Assembly: GCA_963718665.1 (NCBI GenBank)
Contig: OY970359.1
Coordinates: forward strand, 1,792,001-1,856,000
DNA length: 64,000 bases
DNA from: an uncultured Phycisphaerales bacterium
GTDB lineage: Bacteria; Planctomycetota; Phycisphaerae; Sedimentisphaerales; Anaerobacaceae
Direction: 5' to 3'
This document shows positions 26,447-40,000 of the stretch, piece after piece. Every line of letters starts with the position of its first letter. The first letter of the stretch is position 1. The position numbers were made by a program, and so were the translations under genes. The notes under the pieces are model-generated. The model was not told the origin of the DNA. It saw only the letters and a program-made list of their open reading frames with translations, and ran no database searches.

Positions 26447-27628
26447 GTGAACTGGTTGAGATTGATAACTGTTCAGATTGTTCTGCTTTCGGCGGTGAGC
26501 TGCTTTGCGGCGGAGCCGAATGCGCAAAACGAGCAGGAAAAAAAAGTCGTTTCACATGAAACCGCGCAAAACTGGATACAGGTCGGTATTCTGCAATCCC
26601 AAAAAGGCCTCTATGAGCAGGCGGAAAAATCGTTTCTTGCGGCGAAGGAATATCAGGAGTATCTGACCGCTGAAGAGCAAAAACAGCTCGAAAAGCAAAT
26701 CGCGGAGACAAATCAGGCCATTATAGAAAGACAGCCCGTTCTTGAGCATATCAAAAAAGCACAAGAGCTTCTCAGTCAGGGGCAGCCGGTCAAAGCGAGG
26801 GCGCATTATGAAAAGATTCGCAAAAGCCCTTATCTTACCGAGCAGGAACGCAAACAAATCGAGCAGGAGATTGAGAACGTAGATAGTAATGTTGACAAGC
26901 AGAGGAAGGAAATCACCGAGATTTACAATCGCAGCGTGCAGCTTTACCGTGCCGGCGAGATAGAGAAGGCCAGGGATGGCTTTGTGGAAGTTGCCAAATA
27001 TGGCATGCTTGTTGTTCCTAAAGGCCAGACAGCAGAAGATTATCTGATTCAAATAGACAGCGTACTTACCGAAAAGCTTAAAGGTCAGCCGGACGCAAAC
27101 GCCTCGCTGCCGCCTGTCACATTGCCGCCTGCCGCATTGCCGTCGGCGAAGGAAGAGTCGAACCACAAGAACGCCGGTCAGCCCATACCATCTGAAGCCG
27201 AGGTGACGCTTTTGAAGCCCGGGAATGATAAAACTGCCTTCGAAAAACAGGATGATAAGTCCTCGCGGGCGAATCAGGCACAACAAGAGTCAGCAGAAGT
27301 GGCTGCGACAGCCGAACCGCAGGCAGAGCCGTCTCACGCCGACGAACAAAAAGTTGCGACTGAGAACGAAGCCAAAGCCGTACCAGATAAAGATGCGAGA
27401 GCGAAAATTGTGAAAACTTATACGAAAGTGGTCGTCGATGACGCCGCAAAAAATGTGGAATACTATATCGGCACCGGCGAATTCGATAGGGCCATCGCGA
27501 AAGTTCGCACGGCAACGGATGTTGTTAAGGAGAACCGGCCTTTAATCGGGGATGAGTTGTTTACCCAGTACAGTATCCGTCTCAAGCAGCTTGCCGACAA
27601 TATTATCCACGCCAAAAAGACATCGTGA
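26447..27628 (+). CDS. Exported TPR-like helical protein, paralogous to the N-terminal region of the downstream secretin
   Basis: Signal peptide. NWIQVG...GLYEQAEKSFLAAKEY aligns with secretin NWIQIG...GFYAAAEKSFMRAKDY. Confidence 0.7.
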   Translation: MNWLRLITVQIVLLSAVSCFAAEPNAQNEQEKKVVSHETAQNWIQVGILQSQKGLYEQAEKSFLAAKEYQEYLTAEEQKQLEKQIAETNQAIIERQPVLEHIKKAQELLSQGQPVKARAHYEKIRKSPYLTEQERKQIEQEIENVDSNVDKQRKEITEIYNRSVQLYRAGEIEKARDGFVEVAKYGMLVVPKGQTAEDYLIQIDSVLTEKLKGQPDANASLPPVTLPPAALPSAKEESNHKNAGQPIPSEAEVTLLKPGNDKTAFEKQDDKSSRANQAQQESAEVAATAEPQAEPSHADEQKVATENEAKAVPDKDARAKIVKTYTKVVVDDAAKNVEYYIGTGEFDRAIAKVRTATDVVKENRPLIGDELFTQYSIRLKQLADNIIHAKKTS

Positions 27629-27885
27629 TAGACAAGGGTGAGAAGTCACTGCTTTTGCCGGGTTTTATAGGTTGGCCATCCCTGCGCCAAACAGCCAACA
27701 AAACGACAAAGCCCCTATTTTGACATATTATCTACTTGTAAATTTTTCCCAATTTTGCTATATTTCTTGAATTAACATTATGGTGATAATGCTTGATTTT
27801 GGCATTGAAGTATGCGACAATATAGGACTTTGGACAATTAAATAGCGTTGAAGTCGTGTGGTAAACGCCATAAACGATTTTTTTC

Positions 27886-27914
27886 TTGCAAAAAGGGGCG
27901 TTTTCGGATAAACT
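27886..27914 (+). promoter_or_regulatory. Putative sigma70-type promoter for the secretin gene
   Basis: TTGCAA-17 nt-TAAACT. Confidence 0.45.
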
Positions 27915-28014
27915 CAGTATCAGAGGTATAACCTTTCCTGAAGCGGCGGGGTATACGGTAATTTTATGAAGCAGATATTCCTGTGAAAACCAGTTTTTTG
28001 GAGGAGGTTCAGCT

Positions 28015-30888
<2,874 letters not shown>

Positions 30889-31022
30889 GGGGTCCATTAA
30901 AAAAACTGTTCACATACGCAGAAAAAGTGTAACGAATTACCAGGAATGTGGACTTCAATAATGGCTGGACCTGGTGGGCAGCCAGAAATTGGTGGCTCGA
31001 AATCGCGAGGAGCTTGGTGAAT

Positions 31023-34000
31023 ATGAATCGTCAGATACTGATTGGCTTAGTGGCCTTATTGGCCGTAAATTCTTTATTGTTGGCTGGGCAGCCCGCTTAT
31101 AAACCCGGCGTCGTTCTCGTGCGTTTCGCAAATGAGCCGAATACGACGGCCAAAAGCGCCATATTAAATTCAGCTCTGGGCAGGGGCTTTTCCGTCAAGC
31201 GGGAATATACGCTCGTAAAGGGCTTGACGCAGGTTTCGCTGCCGGCGGGCGTGTCCGTCGAAAACGCCATGGCTTCTCTAAAAAAATCATCATCCGTTAT
31301 GTATGCCGCACCGGATTATGTATCACACGTTTTCGTCATTCCAAATGATACAAATTTCGGCGCATTGTGGGGGATGTACAACACGGGTCAATCCGGCGGA
31401 ACACCGGGCGCCGACATCAGCGCTACTAAGGCGTGGGATATCGCCACCGGCTCCAGCAGCATTATCGTCGCCGTTACCGACACGGGCGTCGATTATACTC
31501 ACCAGGACCTCGCGGCCAATATGTGGAAAGACCCCAACGGCCATTTCGGGTATGACTTCGTTAACAACGACAGCGACCCAATGGATGATGAGGGTCACGG
31601 CACTCACGTTTCCGGCACTATTGGCGCGGTTGGCAATAACGCCATAGGTGTTACAGGCGTATGCTGGCACGTCAAGATTATGGCGGTAAAAATCTTGGAC
31701 GCCAATGGCAATGGCACTACATCAGATTCTATATCTGGCATTGAGTATGCCGTATCAAATGGCGCCAGGGTAATTAACGCCTCCTGGGGGTACCCTCCGG
31801 GGGTGCCGATTAGTTATTTGCAAACTCTTTATGATGCGATTGCTGCTGCGCAAAGCTCCGGCGTGATTTTTGTAGCCGCAGCGGGCAATAACATCAACAA
31901 TAATAACGATGCATCGCCGGTATATCCTGCAAGTTTTGACCTCGGTAATATCATCTCGGTAATGGCCACGACTAACACCGATACTCAAGCGTACTATTCA
32001 AACTATGGTCTTACGTCGGTTGACATCGGCGCACCGGGCGGTTCAGCTACTGGCGACGCAAGAGATATTCTCAGCACGCACCTCGGCGGCGGGTATGTGT
32101 ATATGGCGGGCACATCAATGGCTACACCTCACGTCACGGGCGCCTGTGCCTTGCTTTTGTCCATTGACCCGAATTTGACCTACTCAGATGTCAAACAAAT
32201 CCTGTTAGATACCGCTGACTCGACTCTTCCAGGTCTTTGCGTATCCGGCGGGCGATTAAATTTATTTGCCGCCGTACAGGAAGTGGCAGTAGATACTACC
32301 CCGCCAACGCCCAACCCACCAGAGTGGACTATACAGCCCCAGGCAACCGGTCTGCACACTGTAACGATGGAGGCCACAACAGCCACTGACCCCTCAGGCG
32401 TCCAATACTACTTCGAGTGCGTCAACGACGTTAATATAAACAGCGGCTGGGAGCCAAATACTTTGTATTCCTTCACAACTCTCAGCCCGGGCACCACATA
32501 CGGTTTCAAATTCATGGCACGCGACCAATCCCCCCAACATAACCAGACCGGCTGGTCAACCACAGTATTTACAAAGACGGCCAGCGGCACGGATAATCTC
32601 CCGCCGGCACCCAGCACGCCGGTATGGGCGGTACAGCCGCAGATGATTCGGCCAGGCACACCCCCCACAATTCGTATGCAGGCCGGGACCGCTTACGACG
32701 AAAGCGGTGTCCAGTATTACTTTAAGGAGACCTCGACCGGCTGGAATAGCGGCTGGCAGAGCAGCAGCCTTTGTACCGTAATGAACAGCCTCTTTAATTC
32801 TGTTGGGCCTACCTACACCTTCCAGTTCCAGGTTCGTGACGGTTCTGCAGCGCACAATACGACCTCGTGGTCTAACGGCGCCAGCATGATAACGGCAACC
32901 GGCTCCCGAATCCTGAAGGTGCCGGCAGTTTACCCGGACATTAACTCGGCTGTCACCGCTGCTGTTTCCGGCGATGTCGTTGAGGTTAGCCCCTTTCCGA
33001 CCTTCCCATATACCTACAGGCCTATTCTATATCCCGACGGCTATGGTGGCAACGTCAACATTAATTTTAAAGGAAAGGCGATAACCGTAAGAAGTATTGA
33101 CCCCACGAACCCTGCTATAGTGGCCTCGACCGTTATCGACTGCCAGGAAGTATCGCGGGCGTTTATTTTCAAGTCCGGCGAAGTATCCAACAGCATCCTG
33201 TCGGGCCTGACAATAATGAACGGTTATGTACAGGGACTGAGTGGTACCGATGGTAACGACGGCACATTTGGTAATCCAAGTAATCTCGATGGTAGCGATG
33301 GTACAGCCGGTGGCAATGCTATGGGTGGTGCGATACTTTGCACATCAGCCAGCCCCACAATTAGTTACTGTGTCATCGAGAACTGTATTGCAGTGGGCGG
33401 TGCCGGGGGTAACGGAGGAGACGGCGCCGACGGCAATAATTACAAGGCAGCCGACCCTTGTGCCACTCCGCCTGCCCCTGCCGTGACGCCCACCAGGGGC
33501 GGCAACGGCGGCGACGGCAGTAACAGCGGAATGGCATTCGGCGGCGGCATTTATGCCGACTCCGGCAGCAGTCCGACGATTCAAAACTGCACAATCAGTG
33601 GCTGCATGGTCCTGCCGGGTACGCCTGGCAGCGGCGGCAACGGCGGCAACGGCGGCCAGACCGCTGCTGGGGGGCAAATGCCCGGCGGCAATGCCGGCGA
33701 CGGCGGTACTGTCGCCGACGTTTATGGCGGCGGAATTTGCCTCGAGGAGAACGGTACACAAATTATTGGCTGTAATATTACGGACTGTAATGCCTTAAAC
33801 TTTAATCAACCGGGACAGCCGGGCACGGTCGGAACAGGAACACCTTCAGGCGACAACGGCTTAACCGGTTTCTCAGGTTACGCAATGGGGGGCGGCGTCT
33901 ATGACGAAATGGTAAACGACACAGTCATAAGTTCTACCAACCTCTCAGGAAACCAGGTAAATTCCTACTTCGGCGGTTCTGGCGGCGGTTTCTACGGCCT

Positions 34001-37000
34001 CTCAGGGGGCAATATAGTCATCACGATGACCGATTGTAACTTCACCGGAAATATAGCCAACTCCAATATCAACGGTGGCGGTTACGGCGGCGGTATTTTC
34101 CTTGGCGTGTCTCCTACAGGCTCTGGTGGCCTCATCCTCAGAAACTGTAATATCGTGGATAACAATGCGGGATTCGACGGTGGCGGGGCATACATTGTAG
34201 ACGTCATCGGCACCGAGATATACAGCTCTGCCGTAACAGGCAATACTGCTATCTATGGCGGTGGTATGCTTTTGGAAAACCTTGCACTGACCGTCCAGGA
34301 TAGCAACTTCCTGAACAATAATGCTCAGGAGGGCGGTGCAGCTTTTATCTCCAACGGTAATAACGTAAATATATCTTCTTGCGGGATAACAGGCAACTCT
34401 GCGATTATGCCGCAAGGGTCGGGGCTTGAGGGAGGGCTTGGCGGAGGACTGGCTTTATGGCAAAGCTATGGGCAAATCACAAACTGCCTGATGAGCTCCA
34501 ATTCAGCCGCCGACGAAGGCGGGGCGGTTTTTGCGGAAGGTTATGCTGATTCCATGCTGCAAATCGCAAACTGTCTAATCACAAATAATACCGCAGTTTA
34601 TGACGGCGGAGGTCTGTCGAACAAAACATGGGCCTGGACCGAGCTGCTTAACTGCACGGTTGTGGGCAACTCCTCTACCGACGCAACAAACGGCAGCGGT
34701 GGCGGCGTAAGCTGCGCAGAGGATTATGCTTATGTTGAAATTATTAATAGTATTTTGTGGGACAACTCTGCTGCATACGGTCCGCAGATTGGCGTAGGCA
34801 CGAGATTTGGTTCTTTCGACAGCCCCTATGCTGATGTCGATGTCAGCTACAGCGATGTCGAGGGCGGCGAGGACCAGGTCTTTATCCAGGAGCCGGACGT
34901 CACCGATGTCTGGTGGATGGACGGCAGCTTCAACGCAGACCCATTGTTCGCGAACATCGCAATCAATCAGCCGGCCTACTATCTCAGCCAGTTCTCGGCA
35001 GGCCAGGAAGCCAATAGCCCCTGCGTGGACGCCGGCGACCCCACCAACGGCATCAGCTCGCTCGAATCAATCGTAGGTTTCCCGCTTACAACGCGTACAG
35101 ACCTTGTGGAGGACACCGGCATTGTTGATATTGGCTATCACTATGCAGTCGGGTCGGCGGGGACATATCCGTTGACCATTCAGGTTTATGAGTATGACCC
35201 GAATGAGGGCGGTCATGGTCGGCTCAAAGCCAAAACCGCACCCCTAAACGACACACAATTTGACATAAACGACCCGAATACCATCCAGGTCGACCAGGGA
35301 ACCGTCGTAAACCTTACGGCGTTCAACATAGACACCGGCTACAGGGTATGGTACTGGAGCGGCACCGACAACGATAATTCGACTGCTGTTACCAATACCG
35401 TTACTATGAATTCGAACAAAACTGTCACTGTCGCGTTCGAGCCGAACGGATTGTATTACCTGACTGTTACCGTAATAGGTAACGGGACGGTTACCCCCAA
35501 CGGCAGAACACTTCATACCCCGGGCGAGGTCGTAACGCTTACCGCAACACCGGCTAATTCTGCGGATACAGTTATATGGATCGGAACCGACAACGATAAC
35601 TCGGATGGGCAAACCAATACGGTAACGATGACCGGGAACATGAATGTTACCGTTGAGTTCTATACCCCGAGGATTCTCTACGTCGGAGGCGACAGCGACT
35701 ACTCGTCGCTTCAGACAGCCATAGATGACGCTAACGAAAGAGATATAATCATACTGATGCCGTCCAACCAGCCCTACTTCACGCAATGGGGCTATACGAT
35801 AGTCGGCAGGAATATTACCATATCGAGCATTAACCCTGACGACCCGTGCGTCGTCGCATCAACCATCATCCAGCAGGCGGTCGGCAAGGGCGGTAATGTA
35901 AACCCTGCGTTCGAGTTCGAGGATGTCGGTCCACTTATGCGGCTGCAGGGTATTACCATTCACGGGTTTTCAGGTGTTGGCGATTACGGATTTGATGGTA
36001 ACCCGTCGCAAAATGGCCATTATGATGGTGAGGCTGGCAGTACCATACCTGCGATGGGTATATGGTGTGCGTATTATGCGTCACCTACGATTGAAAATTG
36101 CGTGATAGATGATTGTTACTCTCGAGGCGGCAATGGAGGCAAAGGCGCAACGGGCGACTCCACCCATCCCAACGGCGGCAACGGCGGCTGGCCAGGCGGT
36201 GCCTGGGGCAGCGGACTAACCTGCTATCCTTATTATAACAACAACCCAACCGTCATAAACTGCACATTCTCAAATTGCACCGCAGTCGGAGGTAACGGCG
36301 GCGACGGCGGAAACGGCAATACGACACCCAGCGGAAGGGGCGGTCGGGGCGGCGGCTGGTACTACGACTATATACTACCATCACCATGGGAGGATTGGTC
36401 GTATTTAGGCGGTCTGCCCAAGGACTGGAGCGGCCTCGGCGGCGCGGTTTATGTCGGCTATGGTTGCGCCCCAATCTTTGAGGACTGCAACTTCATTAAT
36501 AATACCAGCAGCGGCGGGCTGAATGGAATTTGCGGCCAAAACCAACCAAGCACTGCCATAGACGAACCGAGCATATACTACAAGATAGATAATCTCGGTG
36601 GAGCCGTTTACCTCGCAGAGGGCAGTTCCGCTGAATTCGATAACTGCACGTTTACTGCTAATATCGCCGACACCAACAAGCTGCCGGCCAGCTTCGACGG
36701 TTTTCTTGGCTACGGCGGCGCAATTGCAACAGATGATTATGCAGCCCCCGTCATCAATAACTGCAGTTTCAGCAATAACACAGGCGACGTGGGCGGCGGA
36801 GTTTACTCGATTCTGTCGTATGCGGAAGTCAATGACTGCAACTTCTCCGGTAATACCGCCTCTCATGGCGGCGGCCTGCTGTTCACTGATAGTGTTGCTT
36901 ACATCACGGCATCCGCATTCAGCGGCAACGTCGGAATCATTTCCGGCAGCGATGGCGGCGCTATAGCCCTGCTTGGGACCAATGCTGAAGTTGCTGACTG

Positions 37001-40000
37001 CAATGTTGCCAACAACCAGACGGGAGGCAGCGGCGGCGGTATTTACATATCCAGCAAGAACATCGACGGCAACGAGATTGAGGGTGAAAACTATGTTCTT
37101 GTCAAGAACTGCCTGATAACCGGCAACAGCGCAGACCAGGATGGCGGCGGTATTTCCGTCAGCTGGTACAGCGACCCCAACATTGTCAATTGCACGATTT
37201 TCAATAACCAGGTCACCGGTTTGGGCGGTGGTCTGTTTAGCTCTTACGGCAGCTACGTCAACGTCCTCAACAGCATAATCTGGGACAATAAGGCCGGCAT
37301 CGGCTCAGACGGCAGTCAAATCGCCGTAGGCGGCGGCTCGTTACCCTCTGCCGTCCAGGTGTATTACAGCGACGTCCAGGATGCAAACGACCCGTGCGCA
37401 TGGGCCAATAATATCAATGCCCTGGACTTCGTTATCTGTTTCGACACAACCGGCAGTATGGGTAATGATATTACTGCGGTTGGGAACGCGGCCGGCCAAA
37501 TTGTTAACGCGATTGCCGCGGAGTTTGCCAGTTACCGGTTTGCTCTTGTTGATTTCCGTGATTACCCCGACGGGAACCATGGCGCCCTGACTGACTGGGC
37601 CTACAGAGACAGAGTGAGATTCACCACCGATGCTAATGCACTTATCAGTGGTATTCAGCAGATGGTTGCCGGTGGTGGAGCAGATAACCCTGAAGCGATA
37701 TATACGGCATTGATGCATAGTATCGATGCTAATGCTCTTGTTGCAAGATTAACAGCCAATGGCTACGCTAACTTTATCGACCCCAATTCGCCCGGACTGG
37801 GTGATTGGCGTCAAGGCAACAAGGTTATGAGGGTGATTATGGTTTTGTCAGATGCGCCTCCGCACGATCCGGAGCCATATACGAATTATGTGCTTAATGA
37901 TATTATCACGGCTGCAAACGGTGCAAATCCGATTCATATTATTCCCGTGGTAATTCGCGGCGACCCGACCGCAGAAAGTGCTATGAGTCCTGTAGCAGTC
38001 GGGACCGGTGGAATACTCATCCCGACCACGGACGACAACACGGTGCCGGGCGCTGTTCTTAATGCAATTGGTCTATTGTCGCAGATACCGACCCCGATTT
38101 CCCTCGGGCCAGGCAGCACAATTAACTGGGACCCGAACACGTTTACCTGGGGGCTTAATAGTCACAATATCAACGCGGACCCCCTGTTTATTGGCGGTTT
38201 CTTCCTCAGCCAGATTGCCGCGGGTCAGCCCGCACCCGACAGCCCCTGCGTCAATACCGGCAGCGCGAATGTCAATAGTCCGGATATTAATCTTGGGGGT
38301 TATACCACCAGGACCGATAGCGTCCCTGACGTAGGCATAGTGGATATGGGGTATCACTACTCAGTGTTTACGCCTCCGCAGTATTATCTCAATTTTACTG
38401 CTATTAGCGGCAATGGCCTTGGGTCGAGTAATATCTCACCGAGCAGCGGCTATTTCAACTGGTATGAAACTATTCCATTGCAGGTAACCGTTCCAGTACC
38501 CACAGGCAGCCAGGTTCTCTGGGCCGGCACCGATAATGACAATCTCACCGGGCCCGCAAACTCCGTGACTATGAACGAAAACAAGACGGTTACGGTTGCC
38601 TTTGTAAATAATTCCTGTAACCTGACGGTTCAGGTTGTGGGTAATAACGGCGGCACTGTCACGCCGATGAGCGGCACTTATTCTCGCGGGACGGTCGTTA
38701 CACTTACGGCGACGCCTGCCTCCGGCTATCGAATTGACAGTTGGCAGGGTACGGATAATGATAGTTCCTATGCCCAAACCAATACCGTGACTATGAATGG
38801 AGACAAAACCGTCGAGGTTACGTTTAGTTTGCCGCAGACGCTAACCGTTCCAGGCACATACTCTTCGATTCAGGATGCTATCGAGGCGGCTCGGTCAGGT
38901 GATATCGTAAGCGTCGCGAGCGGCGTATATAATGGCAGCCAGATTACAATCAACAAGGAAATTACTATAGCAAGCACCAATCCTGACGACCCCTGCGTGG
39001 TCGCAGCTACTGTTATCAATTCCAACGGATACGCCAACATCGCGGTTGTTTTTGGCTCCGGCTCCACTGGGAATACCGTTCTCGACGGTTTCACTATCAC
39101 CGGCGGCACATATAATCCGATTGACGCGGTTGCTCCTACGGGGGTGGGTGCGAATGGTAATGATGGTGGCTCAATCGGTGGCGGCGCCGTATATATCAGT
39201 ACCGGCTCAAGTCCGACAATCAGGAATTGTGTCATCAGAGACACTAACATAACAGGCGGTAACGCTTCTAACGGCAACGCCGCCGACGCCACTCATCCGG
39301 CAGGTCGAGGCGGCTGGGCCGGCGGCAGTTATGGCGGCGGTGTATTCGTTGATTCCGGAGCGAGCCCGACGTTTATCAATTGCACGGTTACCAATTGTTC
39401 AGCCATAGGTGGTAATGCCGGTAATGGCGGCGCCTCTTCAGGCACGCTAGGTGCCGGTTACGAGGATGCTAACCACGGCGGTTCGTGGAGCGATGCCAAT
39501 ACTTTCCCATATCAGTCGCTTATCGGTTCCAATGGCCAGCCGTATTCCGCTGACTACGAATTCTACACCGGACTTGGCGGCGGTGTGTTCTGCAATGCCA
39601 ACAGCGTAGCGACATTTATCGACTGTAACATCACAAATAATATTGCGTCCGGCGGCATGAGCGGTATCGGCGGCGACAGACCCTTTGTAAGACCTGACCC
39701 CGTTACCGCTTACAGAATACCAAGCTATGGCGGCGGCGTGTTCTGCGCACCTAATTCCAGTGTTTATTTCATCGGCTGCAATGTAACAGGCAACGTATCA
39801 CCAAAACCCGATGCTACCTATCACATTGACCCATATCTGGGCCACGGCGGCGGTATTGCCTGTGTGAGCGGCGCGGATATCCAGCTCGAGAATTGCACTA
39901 TAAGCGGCAACACCTCAGCGGTTGGCGGCGGCGTATTCTGGATTGGCGGGTCGCCGGCAGTGCTGGATTGCAACATAATCAATAACATCGCATACGTTGG